DNA of 64,000 bases from Orbicella franksi (Eukaryota), in the NCBI GenBank assembly GCA_964199315.1, contig OZ116706.1:12834001-12898000 (forward strand). The letters are read 5' to 3'. Positions 37,558 to 51,700 of the stretch are shown here, one piece after another. Numbering within the stretch: the stretch's first letter is position 1; each line of letters starts with the position of its first letter. A program made the position numbers and the translations under genes. The notes beneath the pieces are model-generated. The model was not told the DNA's origin, did not search any database, and saw only the letters and a list, made by a program, of their open reading frames with translations.

Positions 37558-37900
37558 TTATAGTTGCTTAGTCAAGTTTTGATTAAATAAACGCAGAGAT
37601 AAGCTTTTTATCTCTTCATCCAAATTGTTCGAGATAGAAGGGCCAGAGAAATGTAGATTGAACTTGCCATAATTAGTTCTAACCTGATCGATATAATATG
37701 TTGACTTAGATGCTAGCCTAGTATTATAGTTATGTTTAGATGATATGAATGTGAAGTAATTGTCAAAGATCTTAAGTAATAGATTATGGTAATACTGAAA
37801 CATAAAAACGGCAGTTTGCATACTAACCAGATCCATGAATTTAATTAAGTCTAACTGTGAAAATATAGGGCTGGACTGAGCATCTCGTTTCGAGAATGTG
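37558..37900 (-). mobile_element. 3' fragment of an L2/CR1-type LINE
   Basis: FDNYFTFISSKHNYNTRLAS...RTNYGKFNLHFSGP is typical of the post-RT C-terminus. Confidence 0.7.
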
Positions 37901-38719
37901 ATTATACATAGAGCCTGAGTTTGGTCAGCGGTTGTTATGCTGTCATGGCGGATTTCTAGTTCGTCCCGAAAATGTTTTGGTTTTCTTCAATTTACTAGTG
38001 CTTTACTTGATTATTTAGAATGGAACCAGTTTAAATTGACAACCTTTCTCTATGGCGATTGAGCAAGCGGCGCCGAGAGCGCTTATAACCAAAAAACAAG
38101 CTTGGTGACCACCATTTTTTTATTATCGAATTGATGAGGTGCAACTTTTTGCAAAGTTTAAAAAAAGTCTGTGGAGTGGGTTCAGAGGCACCTTAAATTG
38201 TCGAAAATTTAAAGTGGCTCTGAGCCCACTCCACAGAATTTTTTTTTAACTTTGCAAAAAGTTGCATCTTTTCATGCTTATTACAATTCGATAATAAAAA
38301 AAAGCTATAAGTTAGAAGTGCTTTAAGCTAAAATTAAGGGTGCTTTAAACAGGTCATGTTGTTGATATAGTGACCAGTTATGTAAAATAGACGATTGCAA
38401 CTGGTTTACCAATGATTGGGCATTTGTATGATACCATTACTGTAGTATCACTTGTTACACAGTGGTAGTATTCATCCTTCAAAGTACAGCTGTTAACAAA
38501 GTGCTGGAAACTGTTGCCAGCCTCCTTAAGTAGTTTCACAGTGATTTCCTTCGTTTCGACATACTCCGAATAAAATGTAATAGCCAAACCCTCGCATGTA
38601 AACAAAACCAAAGGTGTGGCTGACTAGGACCCTTTAAGTTGTTACTTTACTTTTAATTAAGTTGCAACTCAATTACACTTTTATCGTAACTCCCAATAGT
38701 TCTGAATGAAGAAAAAAAA

Positions 38720-38999
38720 ATGCAGACAACCAGTTAGGCGACCATACAAACGAAGATGTTTTGCACGCTGCGTGGCTGAATGTTGCACTGAGGAAAAATG
38801 CAACAAGAACCTCTTCCCAATGCTAACAGAACATTCATCAACAGTCAAAGACGTGGTCGCCAGCCCTGCAGCCGAACCTAATTCTACACAGCCTGGAACC
38901 ACTCAGGCACCGAAAAGTCCAACTTCTGTGGGCATCAAGATGAAGGCATTCTTCTATTTGCCTATCTTTCTCCTGGTTATACTCGACATCATGAGTTAA
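38720..38999 (+). CDS. Probable last exon of a Ly6/uPAR (three-finger) GPI-anchored protein
   Basis: CVAECCTEEKCN (CCxxxxCN), a Ser/Thr/Pro linker, then a hydrophobic tail AFFYLPIFLLVILDIMS*. Upstream exons were not identified. Confidence 0.5.
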
Positions 39000-39311
39000 G
39001 CACTCAACTTGACTAAAGCAATCACCTTATACTACTCGGTTAGCATTTTGGTCAAACTGTAATCACAACTGCACTGAAATAAAGGCACTGCACTGAACGT
39101 GGCTGTCCTGAGAACACTGTTTTATCTAAGGGAAAACAGTTTTCATACAAACCAATTCCCCGAGAAAGAAGAATGGATATAAATAGATACCTTATACAGT
39201 TTATTTTTAAAAGCCCACCTGCATTTACGTCACATTCCTTTCAGGCAGTTTTGGCGCAGGGGTCCATAAATCTGGATATATTGCAAAATGCGTTCTATTT
39301 CTTATTCATCC

Positions 39312-41064
39312 TAGTTTCGGTCCTGACATCCTAAATTGGTTTGACGTCATTTACAACAATGCATCTAGTTGCGTTTTGCATAATGGCACGCATCTGACTT
39401 TTTTCTTTTAGAAAGGTGTCAGACAAGGTTGTCCTTTGTCGGGTCTACTCTTCGTTATTGGAATTGAGTTTCTCTCTAGTGCACTACAAAGAGATCCTAC
39501 CATTAGAGGTATCCGGGTGGGCCAGAAAGAAATAAAAATTACGCAGTATGCAGATGACACTAAGGTGCTGGTGCGCGATTTCCATTCCGTTTCGCAGTTA
39601 CTGAGGCTCTTAAACAAATTTAATAATATCAGCGGCTTAGAAGTTAACAAGCATAAAACTGAAGCAATGTGGCTAGGTTCTTGGAGAAATTGCAATGAAA
39701 AACCCTTTGGTTTCAAATGGCCCCAAAACTCAATTTACGCCCTGGGTGTTCACTTCTCGTACGACCGTGTACTTGCTAATAAGCTAAATTTCGAAGAAAA
39801 GGTGTACACTCTAAAACAAACTCTTCACAGCTGGAAAAGAAGAAACCTCACTCTCATTGGCAGGATAAACATCGTCAAAACACTAGGTCTAGCCAAACTT
39901 GTATACAGCACCTCGCTTTTGACAATCTCGAAGCCGCTTATAAACAGTATTAAAGAAATTATTTTTAGTTTTATTTGGGAAGGTAAAACCCCCAAAATTA
40001 AGAAGAAAAAAAAAAACGATTATCGCAGAAAAGAAACGCGGTGGCTTGAAAATGATTGATTTCGAAATCATGGAGAGCGCTTTGAAAATAGCTTGGATCA
40101 AATGCATTATAGAAGGTGGTGATGCGTCGCGGAAAACCATCCTAAACTACGCAGTCAGGCAGTTTGGTGGTGTTGATTTCCTGATTAATTGCGACTACGA
40201 CGTAAAGACGCTCAACTTAGAACAACTCCCAGAATTCTACCGCACGGTTCTGTTATCGGCAAGAATTCCAGTTTTCAACTGACAGCAAAGAAATACCCGT
40301 ATATGATCCAATAATCTGGAATAAGCGCAACATTCGGTTGGACGGAAAGACAATCTTTATTAACGAATGGTATAAAAAAGGCATCATCTACATCCAAGAT
40401 CTGCTTAATGCAGACTTTAATTTTTTGTCTCTAACAGGGTTTAAAGAAAAATTTCGTGTAAAATGCCCGTTTACAGTATACTATGGCCTCATAAATGCCA
40501 TTCCAAAAAAAGGGAAATCATCTCTCCGCAATACCGCCACCCCCGCCAACAGTTAAGCACCTGAAGCCGCAACACCTACAAAACATTTCTCCTCAAAATT
40601 AGCATACTCAAAACTACTTGAAAAAAGGTGCCTACCACCGACAGCAGAACCCAAAATTCTAAATCACGGTTTTACTAATGAGAGCATTCATGTTTACTTG
40701 CTCCCATTTCGTATCTTAAAAGAAGCAAAACTCATAATGTTTCAACTTGAAATCATCCACGGCATTTTACCTACGCAATCCAGTTTGTTTCGCGCCAGCT
40801 TGACGTACCTCGATAAATGCCCTTTATGTAACTTAGAAAGCCAGCCATTGCCTCACTTGCTGATCACATGCTGTGAGTCCATGATAGTTTGGGACCTTTT
40901 TATTCGCTGGTGGCAGACAACTTTTCACCAACATATAGTTCTGTCAGAAAAAGTAATCTTATACGGTTGGCATGATAACCGTAGCTCAATTAACTCTATC
41001 GCCCTCAACTACTCCCTAATATTGCAAAATATCATATTTTCGCTTCAAGTATGCGCGTTGGCTC

Positions 41065-41065
<1 letters not shown>
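39312..41065 (+). mobile_element. L1/Tx1-clade LINE ORF2, 3' part, with frameshifts
   Basis: FGPDILNWF...RQGCPLSGLLF...QYADD...WKRRNLTLIGRINIVK, and C-terminal zinc knuckle CPLC...HLLITC; ends in a (GAT)n tract. Confidence 0.88.
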
Positions 41066-41095
<30 letters not shown>

Positions 41096-41382
41096 ACCAC
41101 GCGAGCCTTACACAGCCCATAAAGTACAAGGAAAGCCATATTTTTGCAATATTTGTCCTTGTGCTAAACGGCACTGTGTATGCTAATTTGAAGATTCTAT
41201 AACTTTCCGCACGTTTTTATGGGCGTTAAGCTTTCGTGTGCTAAGAATTATGGGTAAATGTACCAGTCTCCATCCTTTTTCCTCTGGAGGATTCCAGGCG
41301 GCGGTGGGCCTGGGTGTCCGGGTGCGCCGGACTCCACATCAAACGTTCAGGTACGAGTATTGTCCACGACCATTATTTCCTC

Positions 41383-41976
41383 TGAAACCCACACGCAGTC
41401 TAATCCAACCTTTTTTGAGACTGAAAACATTACCTCTTTAAACGAAGAAGAAAAATTATCATGTGAAGGCATAGTCTCCGAAAATGAATGCCTAAGAGCT
41501 CTAAAAGAATTTGAAAATTTTAAATCTCCTAGCACAGATGGCCTTTCTGCGGAGTTTTACAATTTTTTTTGGTCAGAAATCAATACCGATATAATCGATA
41601 GCTTCAACTACGCCTTCAAATCCGGAATGCTTCCTATTAGCCAAAGGCGCGGGATCATATCGTTAATTCCCAAGAATAACAAGCACAAAAGCCTGCTTGA
41701 AAATCTCAGACCCATATCGTTGCTTAATATCGATCATAAAATTCTGACAAAATCAATTGCGAAAAGGTTTGACAAAGTTCTTCTAAAAATCATCAACCGT
41801 AATCAAACTGGTCATATCAAAGGTCTTTTCATAGGCGAGAATGTTCGGTTAATTCAAGACGTTATGTTTCACACTAAGCAAGAGGAAAAACCCGGTATTG
41901 CCATTTTCTTAGACTTCCCAATAGCGTTTGACACAGCTGAATGGGACTACTTAAAAGCTGCGTTACAAAGGCTTAG
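41383..41976 (+). mobile_element. L1/Tx1-clade LINE ORF2, N-terminal RT part
   Basis: KSPSTDGLSAEFY...NLRPISLLNIDHKILTK...FLDF.IAFDTAEWDYL. Confidence 0.88.
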
Positions 41977-42576
41977 ACTTTGATAGTTTTCTTTTGCGCC
42001 TAAAAGACAAACTCTGTATCCTTCGAACTTTGGCTGTTAAAAACAAAGAACTTGATCAATTTAAAGAAACGTGGGCTGCTTTGCTTTAGTCGTGTATCTG
42101 TACTGTATGCGTGCGTGCGTGTTGCTCTAGAGAATGTAAAGATAACCGTGCTACAGTCATTATGTTACCACCTAGTGCAAGTGATTCGGGTAAGTAAGAT
42201 TTTATAACGTATCGTAAGTAATATAACATATTATAACATAACTATTGCAAAGCGCGCGCTCTGATTGGTTAATTTAGCGTCTACTATTTGCCCATGGGTG
42301 TACGCTGCTGACGTGTGTGCTAATGTTTACAAAGCAAATCTTTTGAGACATTGTTTCCAAAGTAATGACCGACGTCCTTCTGCCACAAATGCGAAACTGT
42401 CTTCACAGTTGTCTGAAGATGAAACTTTATCGAGTTACTGGTGTGCAGTCGGTTGTCATGAATGAATTTTCCCGCGCTTGTTTTCTCTTGTCATGTAAGA
42501 CTACACGAACATTTTTTTGTGATGTAGCTCAATAAAAGGACTTCTGTTGTTCCAATGTCTCAATGTTATGTTATAA

Positions 42577-42765
42577 AACAAATGGTAAACGCCATGGCGT
42601 GCACTATTGAGTTATGGATGCACTTGGGAGGTTTGCTAAGCACTCAAGAAGCTAGAGTCGCACGAGGCGATCGCCTCGTGCGACTCTTACGCTTCTTTCG
42701 TACTTAGCAACCTCCCGCGTGCATCCATAACTCAATAGTGCACGCTATGGCGTTTACCATTTGTT
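42577..42765. mobile_element. Fold-back MITE, near-perfect hairpin
   Basis: Arms ACAAATGGTAAACGCC...GGCGTTTACCATTTGT, centred on GAGGCGA|TCGCCTC. Confidence 0.8.
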
Positions 42766-42812
42766 AAATAGGTTGCAAATGAAATAATGTGATGTATTGT
42801 AAGTGATGTACG

Positions 42813-42897
42813 TAAGTAATTTAGCATATTGCAAGTAATTTAACATATTACAAGTAATTTAGCATACTGCAAGTAATTTAGCATATTGCAAGTAATT
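42813..42897. repeat. 19-bp minisatellite (AAGTAATTTAGCATATTGC), 4-5 units
   Basis: Read directly from the sequence. Confidence 0.85.
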
Positions 42898-45726
42898 CAG
42901 TAATTGTACGCAACGTCTTGTAAGTGGTTAATGTCATATGTAGTAAGTAATGTTTGTAAGCAAGCAATATGATGCACTGTAAGTAGGTAAAATAACATTT
43001 AGTAAGCGATAATCATAAACTAGTACTGTATCAAGTTGAGTCGATGTTAGTACTGTGTTGTAAATTGTAAGCTTTTTAATGTTAGTATTGTGTATTTGTA
43101 ACGTAATATATGCTATGTAGAAATTAACTTTTTAAAAAATATTAATATTGTAAGTAATGTTAGCATTGTAAAGTACATGAGTCTTCCAATAAAAAAAAAA
43201 AAATTTTCTTGGGTAAGACACCAAAAATTCGTAGTGCCTCTCTCTACGTGTCTGTATATGGATGATTGAATTACCCATATACAGAGAGGTAAGCTTGCGA
43301 TGGGTTAGCATCTCATGCAAAGGGAGGGGAGGGGGAGGCAAAATCTAGCTACATTGTTAATGGAAACCCAAGAAAACTGCCAGCCTGACTTTACTGTACT
43401 TTGCTAGCTCTTGAATTTCTTGTCCGAGGGTTAAATTATCAGCAAAGCGAAACCCAACAAAGCAGAAATAAGGAGCAGCAAAGTGGAATAAATTTCGTTT
43501 GAGTTGGACTCTCGCACGAAGAAAAGCTCTAACGAGTACCAATAGTTTTCCTAACCTTTCAGTCGACAACTATCTTCTCTGTCGAGGCTCTTAGCCCTCA
43601 TAGCAATCCAATCTACACAACCAGCCATCAAAAGGACACAAGAAAACATCAGCCAAACTTCTCTCGCTTACTGTGCGTAAAATATTTACAAGGAAAGCGC
43701 GCGAAGTTTAAAAGTTGTTGGCAAGGAGTAAAAGTAAATACAGCGGCTGAATTCCCCGGCCGGGGGCAGGTGTACTCCATATATATGCTAAATGGGTATG
43801 TGCCGCTGTGAAGGGAACGGTTTTCAGGCGGTTCAGTTTGGGATAGGGTACAGTAATCAAACAATTTTGGTCTAGAATAAGGTATAATTTACCGGAAAAG
43901 TGGCCAGTGTAAATATAATTTAGTCTAGAACAGGGTGTTTTACCCGGGGTTCTATAAAATAAATCGAAATTCGGAAGAGACTTTGGTAAGATATTTGTTA
44001 AGTTAGCATATGTTGTACTACGAAAGTCATAAAGGTTCTGCATGGAAATAGCTAGTCTGTGAGAGGGTAGGGATTTTTGTTGCCTAGTCTGGAACAGCGT
44101 TACAAAATCAAGCTGATCATGGTCTAGTATAGGGAAAGGGTTTCAATGTGTTGGCGGCAAACCCCTACCCAAAGATTTAAAGAGTACCAGCACCGATGCT
44201 GAAACTCAAGTTCTTTGTCTACTTCCTCTTGTACTCCCTTTCATCTCTATTGCGAAATGACGCAGTAGGATTATAATAAATGATAGCTTCTACGTCTGAG
44301 GATAATAAAAAACTCAGTGTGTAACAACAGCTTTTAAGCAGGATGTATACTTTCAAGCGGTACATTTTTTTAAGCAGTACTGTACATGAAAACTGAGTTG
44401 TGTATGAGGATGAATCCCCAGTGTGAAGCAATTTTTTTAAAAACAGGCTACGTAAACGGTATTTTCGCGCTGTACTGTTTAGTTTTCAGCAGAAAATGAG
44501 TTTACGTTGTATTTTTTTTTTTTTTTTTTCATTTGAAAGTATATCATTGGTGGGAGTGGACATCAGTCAACTGATGAGTAATTCCGTGAGGTACTGATTA
44601 TTATTATTATCATTTATAGTAAAATCTCTGTTTACAGTATCTGCCTCATAAGAATCAGCGATACAGTTTCTGATGGAGCTACAAAAACATTAGTTCTGAA
44701 TATCGAAAGGGCACAGCACGATTAACTGTCCCATGGAATTTGAGCCCATGTATTAAATACTTTTTATGCGACGCGGGTTCAAAAACGCAAAATTGTACAA
44801 AGAATTAGCGCTTTGGCCACCCAGAAATTTTGCACTTGTTGAAAGCCATTTTCTCCTCGAATATTACACCCAAAGAGCCAAAATTCCACCAATTACTAAG
44901 TTTTACCAGCTCGTTAAAATTTTGAAGTCAATTCGCGTCTAGCGTGATGCTTTCTCTGTGCGAAGTCGTGTGCTAATGAGGAAAAATGTAAACGACGACG
45001 TAAGCAAAGATTCGATAGGACCATACAGTGGTTATGACTTTTATGTCTGTGGATAAAACCCAAATGAGTGACTTCTCAAACGAGGGTTCTTAAGCAGTAC
45101 TTCAATGTAGCATGCTGTTATATTACGCGGTAAAATGAAAGAGATTTTACCCTTTGGGATTCTGGATAAAACTCTAATTTGTGACCATTCAAATGAACGC
45201 TATTGTGCTCAGTTTGTTCGCTAATATTTTGCATAGCCAAACCAAGAATGTTTTGATCCATTTGAACTAAGCATTGGGTTGTTACTTAAGACTTAAAAAA
45301 AACGAGGATTTTACGTACATGTAACTTCCGACATCAACTTAACAAAGCGATGTAGAAAATCTTTCATAATTTGCTCCTTTTTTCGACTCAGCGATTTCAA
45401 AAAATATGAAAAAAGAACACGCTAAACAAATATTGGCTCAACAACTCGCCTAGTTCCTGTACGGCTTTCTCCCAGGCCTTCACAGTAAATTGTTTTCGGT
45501 GGTGTATCCGAGACGAATGGCCCGGACCACGCTCTTCGCCTTGGACTAAGTGACCCGAAACGATTGAACGAGACGAAATATGAAGTCCTAAAAACCAGCC
45601 AACGCAATACCTTCACCGTCTTTTTCTTGGTACTGTACACAAAGCCTCATCATACTGTTTAACCATGACTGTTTTATCTTCCCTTCATTATATTATACTT
45701 AGGCTTCCTCAACACTGTCTAAACAG

Positions 45727-48700
45727 CTAACACTGCTGGCTTTCCACTGTTTCCCTACTTTTCTCCATCTTGTTAGCACATTCTTCGACAAACAGCTGCA
45801 TCTAAGAAAACATAAAATCGAGTCAGGAGTTTGGTCAAGGCCCATTTACGAAAAAAGAGCCCTGAAACATCAGACTAAGAGAATGGGAGACATGAAACCG
45901 GAACCCTGGTCACCCTTTCCGCATCTGGCAGTACAGTAGAAATAGAAAAGTGAATACTGTATTACCTTTAGAATACCGGCAGTGGTTGACTTAAGAGGTA
46001 TCATAATGGATTCCTTTAAAGTAGTTCCTTCATCTGCTTGAACCCAAGGAAACTCCTATAACAGCAACAAAGGTGCTACTAGCTTGATAGAATTATAATT
46101 CATGTGTATATGGCCCAGAAAGAGAGGGGGGGGGGGAACTCCCTCATGAAAGTTCGGAGATGCTCGTCGGAAAATTTGAACTAAACCCATAAACGAAGAC
46201 CAATCTGGGTGTGACTCGAGTTTTATTTGACCGCTAAAAGATACCACTTAAAACAGAACAGGCTCCATCATCGGCCACTGTTCGGGAAAGGAGCCCGCGC
46301 TTGCAGACGGGGCTCCAGAGACCGACTGAAATCGAACCTAAAAACGGAAATAAGAGCGTTTTTTACTGTAATTTCTGTAAGTGCACCCTTAAAGATACTT
46401 TGAAAGCTAAAACTAGTAGCGTTTCGTCATGAACACCCTTAATGAGACCAAAAACCATGATTTATACCCTTAAACGAGACGACGAGCATCCCCGAACTTT
46501 TAATAGGGGAGTTCCCCCCCCCCCCGGGTATATAGCTTTTCTTCCACAGTTATTACCAACGCATAAAGTACATCTTAATCTTTTCTATTATTATTATTTC
46601 AAGTATCCTCATTGGTAGAAGGATTTTTCCTTCTGTTAGTTTTATCTCACACAGGAAAAAAGTTATGCATTCAAGATTTCATTTGCTAATTGTAAAGTTT
46701 AGCGTGGGGGCAGCGTGGCCGAGTGGTTAGGGCGCCGGACTTGAAATCCGGAGGTTGCGGGTTCCGCTCTGACCACTAAGCTGGAGTGGTTTCTCGAAAA
46801 ACCTTAGCTCAACTCGTCGGTCATGCTTGTACATAGCCAACTGGTCTGCCTCCCTCCAGTTGGGATATTTAAGTCTGTAATGTCTATTTTGAAATATTTC
46901 TTCTCTCAGTATTTAAAGTGACATGCCTGTGAACTAGCTAGTTAGTAAGCGCATCGACCACTTTAAACATCCAACAACAACATTTTTACGTGTACACGTA
47001 CGTAGTGGTCTCTGCGTTAGGAAGGGGTCAGACGGCATTCTCCACATCGACCAGTAAACGTCACAACGAGAAAGAAGGAATGATTTTTTTTCTCCTCGTA
47101 ATTGTTATCAACTGCTAACACAAGCAACGTCACATAGAACAGATTGATCTAATTTTATACTACTTTAAATCTTGATTGTGAAACAGGCTCAAGATTCTCA
47201 CAGATTCCCTTGCCTTCGTCCTCTTTAAAAGGGGACGATACTTTCAGTAGCGTCTCTAAATCCCCTGGAACGTTTCTGATTCTGTTTGTTGTGGTGGTGG
47301 TTGTAGTTGCTGTTTATGCTGTTGTTGTTGTTGTTGTAGTTGTTGTTGATGATTTTTAGGCATGTTGTTAATTCACAGTTAGAGTGTTGCAATCAAAGTT
47401 CTCAACACACCTGAACCTTGCGGTCCTCCTGAAGTTTTAGGAACGACGATTCTTTAGTATATACAAGAATGGAGAACGTACATCCTGTCAAAAAATAAGC
47501 AATGCAAGATGTTCAGATAACAGCACCCCTGTTGTTTATCTCTACAAAGCTTGAAATAAACGTACATTGTCCATCAGCATGACTGTTATTCCGGCCTTGT
47601 GGAACTCTTGATATATTAGTTAACAGGGAAAATTGTCCCACAGTAAAATGTATATTTAAAGAAATCTGATAGGGCTTGTATTTACCTGGAGGAATTGGTT
47701 CTAACAAGGCATCACACGCATTAATCTTGAGCAAGAATCCTCTAAGGGTTTTCTCTGTGTGTAACAAAAAATTGTCTTCACTAAAGCAAAGAAAAGAAAA
47801 TTGTACCCAACCATTAGAAGATAATTCCACTATATATAACATATTTATTACTTCACAAAGGCCTTATTAAGACCTCGCAACATTCTAGACTTGATCGAGA
47901 TTCTTTTGTATTGTACCGCTCAAAAGCAAGTTACCACCCTCTCGCGAGACGCGATTCTCGTCTCGCGAGACGAGACTATCATCTCTCGAGACAAGACTAT
48001 CGTCTCTCGAGACAAGACTATCGTCTCTCGAGACGAGTCTCTCGTCTCGCAAGGTAAGACTCTTGTCTCTCGAGACGAGAATCTCGTCTCGCGAGAAATG
48101 AGACTTATTTATTTACTTTTGAGCGGTACTGTACAACAAGAAAATAATTTTTACACTTCCACAAAAGTCATCTAGTAATGCAGTTGGACCCCACTAATTC
48201 AAACTCGGTTATTTTGAATTCCCTGTTATTTCAAACTCAAAACCATTTCCCTTCGAATTGCCCTTCAGTCATTTACTATCGGGTATTTCAAACCCCTGCA
48301 ATTTTCCAACTATTTTTTGTTTCCCCTGAAAGTTCGAAATATTGGGGTTCAACTGCACATGTTTACACACTTAGAAAATCGGTGTTAAAGAAGAGGTTCA
48401 CTAGTGACAACAAGACTAGCGAGGTCTATTTTGAATAAGACTGCTGTAAACATTGACATACATTTTTCCACAGAGTGTAATTTGTCAAAAAAAAACAAAA
48501 AACTACATGTACAATACATGCCGATGTGAATGAGTAGTTAGGAAGCTGGAAATATTGAAATCTAAAGGTCAGGGCTGTTACCCGTAAATATACAATAGCC
48601 CCCATTTGGCATGAAAAAATGCTCAGCCATTTGTCCCCAGACATCATCTGTTCCGAGAAGCGAACAGTTTTCTGAGAGGGTAGCTCAAGGAAAAACCGTG

Positions 48701-51700
48701 AGCTTTGAGGAATTGATAACGTCCAAGAACTATCAAGACTAATTACCTTACAATCACCTGTCTAAGTAAGTTCTTGAAATAATTTCTAACAATAACTATT
48801 GTTTTACTGGCATTTAAAAGCATTTAAATTTGCTCAATGAGAGGGGAAGGCTCACTTGCATGACTTTAAATTACAGGATTACAAGTACAACTTAATGCAG
48901 GTATCCTAAACAATTTCTGGCATGCCATCCCTAACCTTCCTGTTGCTGACAATTCTTCTGGGTTACCAATCTCAAAAACAAATCTCTCAATAGGAATAAA
49001 TTTCTGAGAGAGAAAAAAAATAACATCACACTTATAGTATTCCCTATCAAGGGCTACAGAATAATCTACCTTTTTCAATACTGTAAAAAAATATCATTTT
49101 ATTCCCTAAGTACATTTCTGTGGACATGAAGACTACATGTATGTGTTTACACAATGTTCTCGGCCACTACTTGAGGCCAGACTGCTCAAGATGGAGTCCA
49201 ACTAATGTGCTGACCTTTAGGCCACAACACCTACCAAGGTAAATTATTACAATAATAGTGGAGCTCCATCAGCCCAAAGGGCCACCAAGTGGAGCACCAT
49301 AACTATAGGAACCAAACCACATACATAGAAATAGAAAACCATGCAACCCTTTTGTTTTGTTTTTGTTTTGTTTTTTTTTTCTGGTAAACATGGCTAGTGG
49401 CAACATGACGTTGCACAAAGTTTATGGTGGCCATACTCTAGCCAATAAGTCGACCAAGGCACACAGCCATGGTTTACAGAGTACATCTTTGATATTGGAC
49501 ATCCATATTACAGTCAATTGACACTTGTCAAAACCAGGTATCTGCTGACCGATATCACATGGCCATAACACAGGTTCAGGTTTAGACCTCTTCAAGGTCA
49601 CATGTTTTTTTTTTTTTTGAAGTTGATTGCTGAAAAGGAACTGTTTTTCGATTGAGGTGCAGGCACAAACCAGGTTATTAATTCACTGTAGGAGCTTCAA
49701 TTTTAAGCTTGGCTAAATCTATATATTAATTATTACAATAAAGTGGGTAATTATGTGGGGTCCAATACAAAGGAAAAAACATTTCAGGCATATTGTAACT
49801 TATGCTACACACTTATGGTTTTCAAAGTGACGAACTACCTAAAAATTCTTACTTTTCACAATAAAATAGTTACAAATTTTGCACCCCTGAAGATCAAATC
49901 ACACACTGGTATACAGTATATGTGTTAAAATTGACTCACTTTATTGGAAACCACCAGGACTACTCTCTGAACTTCACCCTATAAGATTACAATAAAATTT
50001 GGAAGAGTATCTAATTAGTACTTCTCATAATATGCATCCATGTACATGTTTGCAGTTTTACAGGGGTAGGTAGTGCAATTTACTAGTTCAAATAACTTTG
50101 CGACAAATAAGTACATGTACATGCACACTTGTTCTGAGGTAAAATAAAACTTATCAATATCTAGTATTACAAGCACCTTTTCTAGTAAGGGTTTAGCTGT
50201 CTGAAGTACATCTAAGATATACTGGTTGAGATCTGGGTGACAACACATCTATAAAAGTAAAAGAGTTACCAGTAGTTAATAATGGACAAACAAAAACATT
50301 CACCCTGATGGAAATGCAGGGTGCAGCATTATTTACAAAGTATCTTCAGTCTTGTAGTAGGTAGAGTGTTGTAGTAGTATCAACTGGTGAACAAAGTTAC
50401 CAGCCCATAGGCTTTTGACTCAGGTTGTGTTATTTGGATGATCTTACTGTGTATCACATTGGCACTGACTCTGACAATGACATCAAGCACAAATAATAAA
50501 ACTGTATGGTGGTAAATGATGAATTATGTTAAAAAATTAATTTGAAGTTTGGTAGTGAAGTAATTTAGTAAGATGTCATATTTACATGTAGCATGCCACA
50601 AGAAAAAAAAAAATCCAAACCCATCACCTCCCAAACAATGGACAGATGCCATATCCACTGAACTGCAAGGGTTTCATTAACAGCTGAGCAACAGGTAAAT
50701 TGGTAACTGGTCATTTTGCTTGATAGCCAGTTTGCACGTTGTCAGTTTGCCAGGACCGTAAGTCTGTTCTCCTGGACTAAAAGTTCAAAGAAGGATGTGT
50801 TTAATTCTTTCTTTTAACCAAATGAGCGAAAAAGTCAACACTGTGGGTGTTATGAAACCAAACTTCACAAAACATGTTTATTTCTCATTTAACCATGGAG
50901 CTAACAGTCTGAGCAAACAAACTTACGGTCTGGGTGAACTGGCTTTTGGGGGAAACGAACGCAATTCGGCAAACTGAGATGCTGACTGTCTTGTGTGAGG
51001 ATGGTTTCGCTGCCTGGTTTGACCATCTAGAGAAAAGCTTTTCTTATTAAGAATAAGATGTTCAGTTCAAAATGTTTGGTCTATCTGTGAAAACCAGTTA
51101 CCCTTTTGCTGAAAACGTTAATGAAATCCCTGGAGCTAGAGACACTCATGGTCATTTATTTGGTTTATACTGACACATGTCCTATATATGCTGCTAGATT
51201 ACAAAACTAATATCAAAATTGTTTTGCACAATGATAAATAAATAAAGAGAACAAAATGCTCAGCTTGTTGGTGAAACAAGAAAGAAGGACAAATAATTTT
51301 ATTTTTATCATGTTGGAAGCCTGGAATAAATAATACAGGGGAACCCTCTTAATCCAGTCACCAACAGGCTACAAAAATCAGGCCTTATAAAGGGAGCGGC
51401 CATTAATAAAGGGATTCTTAAAATAGGAAAATGACTGACTGAGGTTTTGCTGGGGCTAGAATATAGTGGCTGTAATAAGGAGATGGCTGTATTAACGGGG
51501 TGGCTGTAAGGCAGGGTTCCACTGTGTAAGCAAGATTTGAACCCATAACCTTGGAAACACAAGTCCTGAAAGTGCTTAATCTAATAATTAATTAATTAAT
51601 TAATTAATTAATTGCTGGACTAAGAGAGGCCATCTACCACTTTTGAATGAACACACATCCAGCATACTGCTTAGATTAGCTACAGTATATCAAGATTTTG

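Noticed and set aside
46706-46780. tRNA gene
   Set aside because: The T-arm/B box is partly deleted and it continues into a SINE body.
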